A stretch of 64,000 nucleotides of DNA from Flectonema sp. DT1601 (Eukaryota), in contig OZ025785.1 in assembly GCA_964019425.1 (NCBI GenBank), positions 1,054,001 to 1,118,000 on the forward strand. Reading direction: 5' to 3'. Under the pieces are notes generated by a model that saw only the letters and a list, made by a program, of their open reading frames with translations, did no database searches and was not told the DNA's origin. Below, one piece after another: positions 25,392 through 38,872 of the stretch. Each line of letters begins with the position of its first letter. Position 1 is the first letter of the stretch. The position numbers and the translations under genes were made by a program.

Positions 25392-26920
25392 TAATAGCCC
25401 GCAGAATGCACCGAGTCGAATATAGAGGGATTCGAGGAGGGAGAGTGCGTTCTTGCTAACCTGTTAATAGGCCGGTCTTCACGGTACCTTGTGAGAAAAA
25501 AAAGAAGTTTACTGGTGACAAGTAAACTGATATCCCAGAGACGCATTTGATCGGGCGAACCGGAGAAAAGTCAAATAAGATCCGATTCGACCCTCGCTGA
25601 GGGCAGGGGTGTGTCAAAATGAACTCGGCATTATATTAAATTTAATTAAAAAAGCGCCCTACGCGCCCTCCAGCGCCCTATTTTGGCCCTACAATGGCCC
25701 TATTTTGGCCCTACAAATTTTTGTGGCTGATTTTCACCAGGCGCCCTCCAAATTTGGAGGGCACTTCCATCTATGTTATTTATTATTTATTGTTCGTTTT
25801 TGTTTGTATTATTTTGTCGATATGTTTATGTCCGTCAGATCATAACGTTAATCAGGTTAATTGTTAATTGTTAATTGTAAATGGTCTAAACCCCAATCCA
25901 AGTTCCCAAGGCTTGGCATAGATTTGAGTGACGCCTTACTGGCCTCCTCATCCTCGGGGCCAGCAATGGTTTTTTTTTTTTTCTCTTATTTCTTTTTTTC
26001 TTTTTTCTTTTACTCTAATATGAAATATTTTTGAACAAAATGTGTTTATTAATTTAAAAAAAAAAAAAAAAAAACAAGCGACCTGTGGTTTAATTAACCA
26101 GTTGGATTCCTCTTGTTCGTAACAGTTCCAAGTTGACACTTCATTGTAGACACAGAACACAATGGGGCATCTACGAACATCAGTTGGCCAATTGGGATCA
26201 CACGTTTGAGTGTTGATTTGAATAGTATGACTCCTAACTAATATTATGTGATGGACTTCACTCGCAATGAATGGACGAAACCGTACTTCGAGTTCCTAGC
26301 GATCAATGATGCTTATGCTTTTGAGCAAGATTCTTCTTAAAGTATAAATTGGAAACTAAAACTTTTAAATGGAATGAATATAATCCAAACGGAACGAATG
26401 AAGTAGCAGACCGAAATAGAATAAACGCAAGTCTCAACACATGGTGTAACTACACCAGCAAAAAAGAACAACATAACAATTGATGATCGCATGCCATAGT
26501 ATTTCGTCTGTGGAGCCGATACATCAAATGGTTTCCTAAGTCGAAAAATGTTCTCTCACACCAAATTTGAGATTTAAACTTGTGCTTCCCCCCCCCTCCA
26601 ATATTCATTGCAGTATCTACCTAGAAATATTTCTCTATGATATTTAAGATTCAACTGCAGACAATGGTACCCTACGGTAGTTTATCGAACATCAAGTAAT
26701 CCAGTGACGATCTTGTCGACCATGTCTACCGGCCTCGGATGACGTAGTCGTCTCTTTTTTGTTTTCCCTTGAAATACATCTGGAAAACTGATTGTGTGTA
26801 TTTGATTACCTTTATTCATTACCAGCATTCCATAATGTTAATATCTTGTTATTGAACCTCTTAGTTAAGTACATTCATTAGTTTGTTATTATGTTATACT
26901 TGTACCCCATCCAGTTGTCA

Positions 26921-29167
26921 ATGCGTACAGTAGAAGAACTACTGAGTGCAGAGGAGCACAATGGAAGCTGGGCAATTGAAAGTTTAATTATCTCCAAGTT
27001 GGGAAATGCTAATTACCCAAATCTCTTAGATCTCTTGATTACTTCATCTCAATTAGATACCGTGGATTGGAAATCAAAGGGAGAGGTCGGCATGAAAGAA
27101 ATAATAACATCTTTAGCAGAAGGAGGTAAAATCGGACTGTACGACGAGAAGACTACAACCAACATCTGGATAAAAGTACTTGTTCCCATAATAAGATCTC
27201 ACGTTAAGTCGAATCGTTTTGAACAATTGTCTAGTGTACAACAGGGAATTATATGCACTATTGTTAAAGCAATTTACTCTCAGGTACTGATTGCGCAAAG
27301 CAGCGATGCAGAATCTGTTTGTCACATTCGACTTTTCAGCACATTGATTACTTCCTTTGAAGAAACATATCCAGGTTGCAGTTTGTGTGACTCTAACGGG
27401 TTAAGTGTTTTAACCTTAATGCTATACTCTGGAAGTAGTCTCCTTAAGACTGATTACTGCAAAGCTGCCGAGCAGTGGGACATGCGAATCAAGTTCTTTG
27501 AGAATGGAGTTCTTTCTCAAATATTAAATGTAAACTCATCGATGTTAGACTTGTCAACATATCTAAACCATATGATTAATGTGAATGGAAAATATAAAAC
27601 ACCAGCTTTACTATCATCCCTTCGTATAATAAACCTCGCAGCACCTCCGGTAGTAGTTTCATACTTCGTGAAGTATGCATCTTTTATACTATCAAGTGTT
27701 CAAGAATCCAGTACTGTTTCTGAACAAGTCACATATACATGTTCATCAGCTATTGTTGAGGTGTTCACAAATGCGATTCACAGTTGTGGTACAGCTGTTT
27801 TAATACCGTTGGAAGAAGTATTGTTTGAGGCTGTATTGGATGCAACCAATCAACTTCCTTTTTTAATAGCTGCAGAAGTATTTATTAGTATTCAAAAGAC
27901 AGCAACACCCAACTGGATAACTAACCATTACAAAAGATTAATTAAATTACTAACAGGACGGACAAGGTCTGATAAACAAGAGTATGAAACAATTATCGAC
28001 AGACGAGTCTGTTATCTAATAGATATTTGTGTGTCTTGTCTTAATAATTCAACTGAGGAACTGTTACCCTCTTGGATAGATAGTTGGATTCCAATGTTGA
28101 GTACTGATTATGAATCCGTCTCGTCTTTAATTTCCAGATTTAGCGACAACTACTGCGCATGGCTTTCCCAGAAAGAACATTCCTTTTGGCTTGAAACACT
28201 AAAACATGCTGCAGAGAAAAGTGACTTGCAAACCGCGGCAAAACTCATCAGAAACGTGCGAATTGCTCCAACAAAAGATTGGGATTCTGTTTACGGTGCT
28301 GCACAGACTGGTACGATGAAATGTTATTGTTGTTGCTCACAAGTCACAGTTGACAGTAATACGCCGTGTCAGTGCCGCACAGTTTCCGTTTCACAAAAGT
28401 CGCCATTGGTACCTGCACTGCAACTACTACTACGAAAAGCGAGAGGAATTATAAGTTCACATGAAAGGGTAAACCTTCCTGCAGCGTTGGATGTTTTAGG
28501 TTCTGTTTTGGGTATTCTGAAAAAGACTTTTAACTTTGCAGTAATTGAAGCAGCATTGTCAACATGTATTGAAAAAGTTGAGAATGATGGTTTCAGTAGG
28601 TGTAGCGAAATGTTATTAGCAATGCAGCGCACAGCGCTGCGCGTCAAGTTCTTTTCATCGAACGTGGCATTTTCTCTACTTTGGGATTTTTGCTCAAAGC
28701 AAACTCAGTCGACATCGTCCCCTCTCTCACACCTTCTTCTCCTTCGCAATTCTGTTCGCTCGAATCCTTCACCAGTAGTTGGTCACTCCGATGTAAGTGA
28801 TACTGATTTCACAAATGACGTTTTGAGACCAACATTAGAGTCGTACCGCTCTCGACTTCCTACTTTCCCTTCGTTTTTTATTAACGAAACACAGTTAATT
28901 CCAAATGCGAGCGTTACGTTGACGCTTCAAAGACTCAAGGATGTGTTGTTGGTATGTCTATGTTTCTATTATTCTATGTTTCTATTTGTGTTGTTTTGCG
29001 TTCAACCAATCGAGTACGAGCTACCAATAAACTAATTAATAATTTAGGATGCTTCCTCCCTAGACGTTGGCATTGCTGCAATTGAAAACCCTGAACTATT
29101 TGGTGAAGTAGCAGATGTCCTTCACTCAACTTCTGAAGCGTTTATAAAGAGACGCAAAGTTGGGTAA
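26921..29167 (+). CDS. Hypothetical alpha-helical protein, 2 exons (26921-28951, 29048-29167), C-terminal KRRK basic motif
   Basis: Long ORF with a phase-0 intron GTATGT(28952)...ACTAATTAATAATTTAG(29047). Exon 2 reads DASSLDVG...FIKRRKVG*. An alternative start exists at 26891. Confidence 0.8.
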
Positions 29168-29306
29168 GGAACTTACTACTTGAGTTGAAAACTTTCATGT
29201 CTCAATTATACAAATTTACATTCTTCCTGCAGTTCAATATGGCTGTCGTGTTCGTTGCTATTTCTGTGATAAAAACTTACTCTCACAGGTCACCCTGAAG
29301 TATATT

Positions 29307-30299
29307 ATGAATCTTTCTACCCTTCTCCCTGTTGCCTCGGGTACAAAGAAGAAAAAGGGTAAATTGAAGAAGAAAAAAAAGGGTTTGATGACGGACCTCT
29401 TGTTGCTAAACAACAACAGAGTCGACAGCGATAGTGACATCGATGAGCTAGAAAGAGAATTACAAGAGAAAAAGAGACTTCAAATAGAAGCTGAGGATGA
29501 ACAAATCCCCACAACAGGCATCGCAGCAATGCTACCAGCAGCTAGAAAAAAGAAGAGCAATGAGAATAAAAATGACAATATTAAGAAGCCGCATACATTT
29601 GAACTTCGTGAAGGAATATCGGAAGCATGCGATAAAGAAAAGATAAACGAATCACTCGGTGGAGGTCTCTCACTCGGGTACAGCGATTCTGACTCAAATT
29701 CCGACTCCGAATTGAAGACTGTACCAGAAGCTATTTCTGAATGTATCAAATCAACAACTCTAATTAATACTATCCCTGCAGTCTATCACGAGGAAGTACC
29801 TGACGCACCTCTTCCTCTCATAACAGTACAACAGTTGCAACAACAACAACAGCAACAAGGGAACGCCGAAGTGGTTGAAACACAGAAAGTGATTAAGAAA
29901 ACTACTTTTACATTTAAGAACCGCGCTGAACCAAAACCTCGCGAAGAAGTTATAGTGAAAAGAGAAGGACTCGGAGAAGATGATAACCAAATATCAACAT
30001 CAACATCAACATCATGTAAGACAACTGTTGATTATCAAGAAGCTTTAACTCCTCTAGCAGAGTCTCCTCCTTCTTGTCCTCCTGATGTTATTCACACTCC
30101 TGATGTTATTCATAATCCTGATGTTATTCATATATCACAATCTGATCAGTTACGAAGTTCACAGTCATATGCTCCCCTCGTTCAACCAACTTCTACCCAA
30201 GGTAAATCAAAGAATAGTATATTTAACATCGCAGCACAGGCTGCTGCCTACAAAAACAGGGCTGAATACAATTACAAAGCAACGAGGACGCGTAGATAA
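29307..30299 (+). CDS. 330-aa low-complexity nuclear-type protein; C-terminus resembles the PRCC C-terminal domain
   Basis: Lys-rich N-terminus, SLGYSDSDS segment, poly-Q and (PDVIHx)3. The C-terminal VIHISQSDQL...PTSTQGKSKNSIFNIAAQA resembles the PRCC pattern as I recall it; this is unverified. Confidence 0.6.
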   Translation: MNLSTLLPVASGTKKKKGKLKKKKKGLMTDLLLLNNNRVDSDSDIDELERELQEKKRLQIEAEDEQIPTTGIAAMLPAARKKKSNENKNDNIKKPHTFELREGISEACDKEKINESLGGGLSLGYSDSDSNSDSELKTVPEAISECIKSTTLINTIPAVYHEEVPDAPLPLITVQQLQQQQQQQGNAEVVETQKVIKKTTFTFKNRAEPKPREEVIVKREGLGEDDNQISTSTSTSCKTTVDYQEALTPLAESPPSCPPDVIHTPDVIHNPDVIHISQSDQLRSSQSYAPLVQPTSTQGKSKNSIFNIAAQAAAYKNRAEYNYKATRTRR

Positions 30300-30466
30300 T
30301 AAACAACCACTGCCGTCTGTATTATTACCCTACAGGTGGGTTATTGTACTTCTTTTGTCGTACTGTTCATCATTATTTACCCGTCGTAGCGAGGCTACAC
30401 GGCGATTATATGCTTAAAGTAAGTCTTGTTTTCCTTAACCTTATTACTGCAGAGATTTAATACAAA

Positions 30467-32745
30467 ATGTCAGGCGCTGCTGTCGTGGGAACCGTTTTGA
30501 AAGGATTGGACCTGTTAGTATGGTTAGTCACATTGGGTCCTTTATGGATGGCTATAAGTAATGCCAGTGTTCCGAGATTGCGTGCAAAGGAAGTTGATAC
30601 TGCGGATGTTAATGGAAAACTGCCGCCATCGAAAATATTTAGATGTATCGAAGCCATTCAGAAGGGTGAACTTTCTACAAACCCAATTCCTGGAGTTACA
30701 ACTTTGTACGGACTCGTACTTCACGCTGTTCAGAAATACGCGAAGAAGAACGCTCTCGGAACTCGTACCTACCTCGGCTCCAGTGTCATTGAGGGATCAA
30801 AGTTCCCAACAAAACAATTTGGATCTACCAAGTGGTTGACGTATGAGCAGGTTGACGAGAAGATGCACAACTTTGGATCAGGTCTTAGAGGCCTCGGTAT
30901 GGAACCACTCCACTTGAAGGAAGGTCAATCATTCGACGATGTCACTGGGCCACACGGAATTCTGATGTACGAGAACACCTGCGCCGAGTGGTTGATGGCC
31001 GCTCTCGGTGCGTCCTCCCAGTCTCTTGTAATTGCCACCTGCTATGCAACACTCGGTGTTGAAAGTGTTATCACAGCAGTTCAGGAAGGTAGTATTGTCA
31101 CCATCGTTTGTAACTACTACGCTGTTAAGGATATTTTAAAGAGAAAGTCTGAAATGCCAACTCTGAAGAACATCATCTACACGACTCTTTACGTTGAGCC
31201 GAAGGACATTGACCAACACCCTGGCAAAGATGATACCATCACCGTCTTGTCATTTGATGAGGTTTGCCAAAAGGGAGCTGAGAAGAAGGTGGCACCGTCA
31301 CCACCAACAGCACGCGACGTATGTATTATTTCAGTCTGGTGCCAGTGTGGATACGTAGTACATTTCTTATCTTTAATAATAAACAGGTTTGTATTTTGAT
31401 GTACACTTCTGGATCAACTGGAAAGCCTAAGGGAGTCGTGGTCCGTAACAGTCAGTTAATAGCAGCCATTACTGCTATCAGAATTAGAGCGAAGTTTCAA
31501 ATTGGAGAAGTTTTAGTCGGATACCTTCCATTAGCTCACATCTTTGAGATGATGATGGAAATTTTTGTATTTGGATGGGGTGGTGAAATCGGTTACGCTG
31601 ATCCGAAAACCTTATCAGGTGGACCAGGGAAGTGTATGCCTCACGGTGCCCTCTTAGAATTCAGACCAACCATTATGGGCGCCGTCCCAAAGGTTTGGGA
31701 AGTGATCAAGTCTGGAGCCGAAGCTAAAATCAAGGCGAGTGGTAAAGAACAATTATTCAATGCTGCACTGGAGTGGAAGAAGACAGCAGTCACTCAGTTC
31801 CGTGAAACACCGGTTTTTGACAAGTTAGTGTTCGCCAAGATTCGTGCAACTCTCGGAGGAAGATTGAGACTCGCTGTTTCTGGTGGTGGTGCGATCTCAG
31901 GTTCGGTTCAGGAATGGGTCAGAGCTGTTTTCGGATGTCCATTAATTCAAGGTTATGGTTTAACTGAGACATGTGCTGGTCTTACTGTTCAAGCTGCTGA
32001 TGACATGCGTGTTGGTGTTGTTGGTGCTCCAATCGAAACGGTTGAAGTACTTCTCCACTCTGAGCCTGAAATAACTGACTTTGACTCAAAGCCATACCTC
32101 TCCACTGATACCAATCACATGGGAGCACCTTGTAAGGGTCGTGGAGAAGTATGGGCTCGTGGTAACAATCTCACTGACGGTTACTACAAAATGCCTAAGG
32201 AAACTGCTTCCGAATTCGATAAAGACGGATGGTTTCACACTGGTGACATTGGTATCATCACACCAGATGGAACCATTAAGATTGTTGACCGTAAGAAGAA
32301 CATCGTCAAGTTGAAGGGTGGTGAGTACATTGCCCTTGAGAGAATGAACCAAGCATTCAACCAGTGCCAATATGTTGATGTTGATGGTGGTGGTGTCTGC
32401 GCTTACGGAGATTCAGAGATGGACAGACCGGTCTGCTTGGTTCAAATGAATGCCGTAAAGGTTGGTGAACTCGCAAAGAGCCTTGGGATCGAAGAGACTT
32501 CACCTGAGAAGCTCTCGAAGAATGAAAAGATCATCGCTGAGGTTACGAAAGCTCTCAATCTGGCGGGAAAGAATACTCAGCCACCACTTTCATCTCTTGA
32601 AGTGTTGGCCTCAGTTGCTTTGTTAACCAAGCCGTGGAGTGCATTAGAAGGAACTCTTACTGCTTCCCTGAAGATAGTTCCGAAGCAGATTCAAATGGCT
32701 CATGCGGAAGAACTTGCTGCTGTGAAGTCGAAGGGCATTCGTTAA
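30467..32745 (+). CDS. ACSL: Long-chain fatty acyl-CoA synthetase, copy 1 (736 aa; exons 30467-31318, 31387-32745)
   Basis: Motifs MYTSGSTGKPKGV, YLPLAHIFE, QGYGLTET, GWFHTGDIG and DRKKNIVKLKGGEYIALE. Phase-0 intron GTATGT...AAACAG at 31319-31386. Confidence 0.95.
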
Positions 32746-34053
32746 ATGATTTAATGAAACGCTACCACTTCCCTCTAATTCGTTTTTTAAAAAAAGAAGA
32801 TTCAAATGATTCACGTCTGCTGTGCAATTTTATTCTCTTTGCTACATCCCATTCCCCCATACGCGTCAAGGTGAAGGGAGACGTGGTTCACTTCAGAATA
32901 AACTGAATTTATTGCTGTGAATTCGAAGGGTCCACCGATTACCTTCGTATGATCCGATGAGACGTCTCTGTATGGTTCAGGATAAACCTGTTGACATGTT
33001 AGTCTTCTCTGGAAAAAAAGAAAAAGAAAAGTGTTTCAGGATCTAAGCAATCCTTGTACAGTTTTGAGCAAGCTCATGACGACTAAATGATAACAAACAC
33101 TAGCATTTCACGCGGCGTCTTTGACGGTGCGATGCAATGAGAAACCCCCCCGTCCATTGATATATTTATCCAAGTTCCCCCTCTGCTACGCTCCCCATAT
33201 AAAATTATAATTTCCATTGACAGACGTATTTAACAAAAGTGGTGTTTTCCTCTCTTAGCGGTGGGGACAAATTTATATTTCCACCTCTTTTGATGTACAT
33301 ATTCTTCACTTCTTCCCTTTTTCTTTCGTCATTCTTCTCTTTCCGAAATATATATGCGTGTGATGTGTTAACTGTTAAGTGAAACTTGTGACTTAATAAA
33401 TACGTTGTGTTTGTGTGTCAAAAGACATGGACTACGATTTGTAAACTGGTAGCCTGTTGAGAACTGAAGCAAAATCAAAAAAGTTCTTTCTCTCTCTTTT
33501 AAAAGGGACACCGATAACAAAATCCTAATATTCCACGTCTCACATTATTGATAAGTACAGAATATCTGACAATATGAGATTACTTCATAAATCTAGAAGT
33601 GTACTATTTTATGTATTGTAAGATGTTGAACAGGAATCGGACTACGAATACTGCATTCAGATCCAGGCCTTGTCAGTCGTTCGTATTTTTTAATTTCCGC
33701 AACAGGCTCGTTGAGAAGTCCCCTCTCAGATATCCCCCTTGGGTAGGTATTGTTACCAACCATTATAAGTATCTACACATCAGCTGATTAATGCAAGGCA
33801 GACTGATAGAAGTGTCTACTGCTGACGCATTCCACAGCTGTAAATTATTTTGTCGAGGTATTTGGAATACTACCTAACGTAAGGTACCATTATGAAATAT
33901 TTCTTTTTAGTTTTTTATTCGTTCTTCCCAACTGAACAGGGTGAGAATTCCTTTTTTTTTTTTAATTTTTTTTTTACGATATTTACAGTGTGTGTATTTT
34001 ATTTTTCCTTAACCATAAAATGCTATTATAACCCCCCGCTGGGGGCTTCACTC

Positions 34054-34299
34054 CCCCCGGCCTCCTCCCCAGATACCCATATTCGACACCACGTATGGGA
34101 TTTTGTAGATGTCAAATAGTGTAAAGTATTTACGTCAATCGCAGAGTGTATACCTACACTAACATTACCTTTAGTCAACTGTATCTTAGAACTAATGTTA
34201 AATTGTTGTTATGTTGTTTATGATACAAGTACAAACTCGAACAGTTAACCCCCGGCCTCCTCCCCAGATACCCATATTCGACAGCACGTATGGGATTTT
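34054..34299. repeat. ~51-bp direct repeat pair (34054-34104, 34249-34299) containing a small hairpin
   Basis: CCCCCGGCCTCCTCCCCAGATACCCATATTCGACA(C/G)CACGTATGGGATTTT occurs twice, with a CCCATA...TATGGG stem. Confidence 0.85.
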
Positions 34300-34582
34300 A
34301 TCGATACCAAATTGTTAGTCTTTAGTTTTAGTCAAAAGTTGCTTGTACTCATGAGAGTGGGTTGTTGTACTTCTGATTGGTCTCTAGTTTGTTATGAAGT
34401 ATAACATGCGTACGATAACTAACACCGACACTAATGTAATTATGTCATCCTTTTGAGTGAATTGTAAAGTAAGATTGGATATCATTTCAATAAAATGAAA
34501 TAAACAAATCACCACCTCCACAAGAAACTAATTCATCTCAGCAGATATTTAATTTAGGAAATAAAAAAAAAAGAAAAATAAG

Positions 34583-36950
34583 ATGGTTAGTGCCGGGTTA
34601 GAAGTTGCAGGAGTAGTCCTGAAGGGAATCGATCTACTCGTTTGGTTGATGACTTTAGGACCTGTTTGGATGGCTTTAGGAAAAGCCAGTGTGAGGAGTG
34701 TCAGAGCTAAGGTAGTTGATACTGCTGATGTTAATGGAGACCTACCACCGTCAAAAGTCTTTAGATGTGTTGAAGCTATTCAGAGAGGTGAATTAGCTAA
34801 AACCCCACTTCCTGGAGTTACAACTTTGTACGAATTTGCGATGCAGGCTATTCAGAAATACGCGAAGAAGAACGCTCTCGGAACTCGTACCTACCTCGGC
34901 TCCAGTGTCATTGAGGGATCAAAATTCCCAACAAAACAATTTGGATCTACCAAGTGGTTGACGTATGAGCAGGTTGGCGAGAAGATGCACAACTTTGGAT
35001 CAGGTCTTAGAGGCCTCGGTATGGAACCACTCCACTTGAAGGAAGGTCAATCATTCGACGATGTCACTGGGCCACACGGAATTCTGATGTACGAGAACAC
35101 CTGCGCCGAGTGGATGATCGCTGCTCTCGGTGCGTCCTCCCAGTCGTTTGTTTTGGGAACCTGCTATGCAACACTCGGTGTTGAAAGTGTTATCACAGCA
35201 GTTCAGGAGGCTGGAATTGTCACCATCGTTTGTAACTACTACGCTGTTAAGGATATTTTAAAGAGAAAGTCTGAAATGCCAACTCTGAAGAACATCATCT
35301 ACACGACTCTTTACGTTGAGCCGAAGGACATTGACCAACACCCTGGCAAAGATGATACCATCACCGTCTTGTCATTTGATGAGGTTTGTCAAAAGGGAGC
35401 TGAGAAGAAGGTGGCACCGTCACCGGGATCTCCACGTGACGTATGTCGTTATCATTTTTCACTTAACAGGATAGTCTAGTCTATTGAAGGTCTATAAAAA
35501 TAAAACTCAATGTGCTTTGTTTGGATGTCAGTCGAAAACAATAAATTGTGTCCGCAGTGCGGTCAAAATAATAATAAAAAAACAGATCTGCATTCTGATG
35601 TACACTTCCGGATCAACCGGAAAGCCAAAGGGAGTCATGGTTCGCAACAGTCAGTTGGTTTGCCTCTTCCAGGCCATCAAGGACAGAGCTGGACTTCGTG
35701 TTGGAGAAACCTTAGTCGGATACTTACCACTCGCTCACATCTTTGAGATGCAAATGGAATTCTACTGCTTTGGATTTGGTGGTGAAATCGGTTACGCTGA
35801 TCCAAAGACTCTCGTAAGTGGACCAGGGAAGTGTATGCCTCACGGTGCCCTCTTAGAATTCAGACCAACCATTCTCGGTGCCGTCCCAAAGGTTTGGGAA
35901 GTGATCAAGTCTGGAGCCGAAGCTAAAATCAAAGCCAGCGGAGCATCGAAGGAGTTTCTTTTTAACACCGCACTGGAGTGGAAGAAGACAGCAGTCACTC
36001 AATTCCGTGGAACACCGGTTTTTGACAAGTTAGTGTTCGCAAAGATTCGTGCAACTCTCGGAGGAAGATTGAGACTCGCTGTTTCTGGTGGTGGTGCGAT
36101 CTCAGCAAATGTTCAGGAATGGATCAGAGCTGTTTTCGGATGTCCATTAGTTCAAGGTTATGGTTTAACTGAGACATGTGCTGGTCTTACTGTTCAGGGT
36201 TTTGATGACATGCGTGTTGGTGTTGTTGGTGCTCCTGTCGAAACCGTTGAGATTATTCTCCACTCTGAGCCTGAATTAACTGACTTTGACTCAAAGCCAT
36301 ACCTCTCCACTGATACCAATCACATGGGAGCACCTTGTAAGGGTCGTGGAGAAGTATGGGTTCGTGGTAACAACGTAACCGACGGTTACTACAAAATGCC
36401 TAAGGAAACTGCTTCCGAATTCGATAAAAACGGATGGTTTCACACTGGTGACATTGGTATCATCACACCAGATGGAACCATTAAGATTGTTGACCGTAAG
36501 AAGAACCTCGTCAAGTTGAAGGGTGGTGAGTACATTGCCCTTGAGAGAATGAACCAAGCATTCAACCAGTGCCAATATGTTGATGTTGATGGTGGTGGTG
36601 TCTGCACTTACGGAGATTCAGAGATGGACAGACCGGTCTGCTTGGTTCAAATGAATGCCGTGAAGGTTGGTGAACTCGCAAAGAGCCTTGGGATCGAAGA
36701 GACTTCACCTGAGAAGCTCTCGAAGAATGAAAAGATCATCGCTGAGGTTACGAAAGCTCTCAATCTGGCGGGAAAGAATACTCAGCCACCACTTTCATCT
36801 CTTGAAGTGTTGGCCTCAGTTGCTTTGTTAACCAAGCCGTGGAGTGCATTAGAAGGAACTCTTACTGCTTCCCTGAAGATAGTTCCGAAGCAGATTCAAA
36901 TGGCTCATGCGGAAGAACTTGCTGCTGTGAAGTCGAAGGGCATTCGTTAA
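34583..36950 (+). CDS. ACSL: Long-chain fatty acyl-CoA synthetase, copy 2 (740 aa; exons 34583-35440, 35586-36950)
   Basis: Same AMP-binding and FACS motifs as copy 1. The intron lies at the same codon position, GTATGT(35441)...AAACAG(35585). Confidence 0.95.
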
Positions 36951-38872
36951 ATGATTTAATGAAACGCTACCACTTCCCTCTAATTCGTTTTTTAAAAAAA
37001 GAAGATTCAAATGATTCACGTCTGCTGTGCAATTTTATTCTCTTTGCTACATCCCATTCCCCCATACGCGTCAAGGTGAAGGGAGACGTGGTTCACTTCA
37101 GAATAATAAAAGTGAGAAAGAAACAAGAGTAAAAGATCCACATCGGTGATACGACTCACGGAATGCTACTTTCCCATACGTACTTGCGCGGCGTTCTGAA
37201 AGTTTGATTTGTAGATTTCAAGCCAAACCACTGCATTGTTCAACAGGACAGGACCTAACCAGTTATTGAAAACTATGGCAGTAAAGATATGGTCTGAAGA
37301 GAGGAGGTCTGCCTGGTCTTTTCTTTCTTTTGCATTTTATACTTAGGGAACAGCTGCTTTACGTTATGAAGAAAAAAAAGAAAAAAATAGTTAGGGGAAA
37401 AAAAAAAAAAAAAAAAAGTAAACAAACTGGTATCTGTTTTCTTCCTGGATAACTTCCCATAATGTTACTGAGAAAGAATAAAAAAAAAAAACTTGCCCAC
37501 GTCCCCAGTCTGAGCCATATGAGCCACAGCCATGTTATTGTGAGGAGTATCTGCACAAAATGATTAAAATGTCTCTCTCACTTTTTTTTTTTCTTCTTTT
37601 CCATTCCGCGAGTGAAGTTTACGAATATTAAAAAAAAGGGGAAAAAAAAAAAAAAAAAAAAAAAACACTCTCTCTCTCTCTCAAATTTAAATAACACGAC
37701 ACAATGTCCTAACAGCCCTTTTTAAAAAAAAAAAAAAATAATAGTTAGTCGGTACAAAAGAAAAAAAAAAAAAAAAGTAGAAAAAAACTGATGAGGACTA
37801 ATATTATTATATTTCGCTACTATCCCCCCAATATCTCCCTACCTCACCCCCCCCCAAAAAAAAAAAAAAAGTGTGAGACAAGAAAAAAAAAAAAAGAAAA
37901 AAAAAAGGCAAAGACCAGTCATTTATTGTGACTTAGCTGGCTAAGCTTCGTCTCAATGCTCAGGACTCATCGTGCATGGTTTCATTACACCCTGCCTTGT
38001 GCTTGTTCAGTGCATTTCAGGCAGTAGCTATCAGACTTGTCTGCGCTACACACATACCATCACAAGTTCCAAATAGCATCTGCAGACACGTTTCACTTAA
38101 ATGAAACGCCTCCCTAACATATTTTTGAAGAGAGAAAAAAAAGGAGGGGAAAAAAAAAAAAAAAAAAACTAACGGGAAACACACAACAAAAGTTTTTTTT
38201 CTTTCTTTTATCTTTTTATATTATTTCAGAATACCAACACTTTGACACTCTGAGTCCCTCGGAATATTCACAGCAGGTGTTTTTACATTATTGCCGTTGG
38301 TAATGGGCTGCATTCGAGCGGAAAAACCCGATCGTTCATACTTGCAAAGAACAGAAATCCAAAAAAAAAGAAAAAAAAAGAAAAAAATAACAATACTAAA
38401 GGTAACTAAACCCCACTCGTTCTATGCTTTCACACACAGCTATATAATATACATTTTCTTTTTTTTTTTTTTAAAAACAATTAAATCATAACTCACATAA
38501 ATCTCTCCAGCATATGTCACACCAGATTAGATAAATCTGTTCACAATTAGTCAACACCTGTGATCGAATCCCATGACCAATCCCTTCCCCAACCCAATAG
38601 TAGGATCAACCTATTTGACTACGTGTTAACTAATGGTGGGTAGTAGACATTAGTGTTTGAATGCTTCTGATGATTGGAACTCGTCAGTCTCAATTTTTTA
38701 AATAATAATTTCCCACCCTCAGCAAGAGTAGAAAGGAAAACAGAAAAAAGAAAAAGAAAAATACAGCCCGGTTAGTAGGTAGAGCCGTATCTACTATTAT
38801 TTAGCGGGAACTGTGTAGAAGAAGGATCTCTGAAGGGGAAACAAGCAAACAAACAAACAAAAGAACAACAAA

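Larger units (their letters stand above)
23585..25775. mobile_element. Outer TIR DNA element (CATAG... termini, ~33-bp TIR, subterminal AGGGCG repeats), apparent 6-bp TSD
   Basis: Left end CATAGATGGAAGTGCCCTACAATTTGGAGGGCG; right end reverse complement CATAGATGGAAGTGCCCTCCAAATTTGGAGGGCG. TTATTT at 23579-23584 and 25776-25781. Confidence 0.85.

Noticed and set aside
31321..31386. Four separate ACSL ORFs or frameshifted pseudogenes (also 35441-35585)
   Set aside because: The frame changes are explained by phase-0 GT-AG introns at the same codon in both copies.
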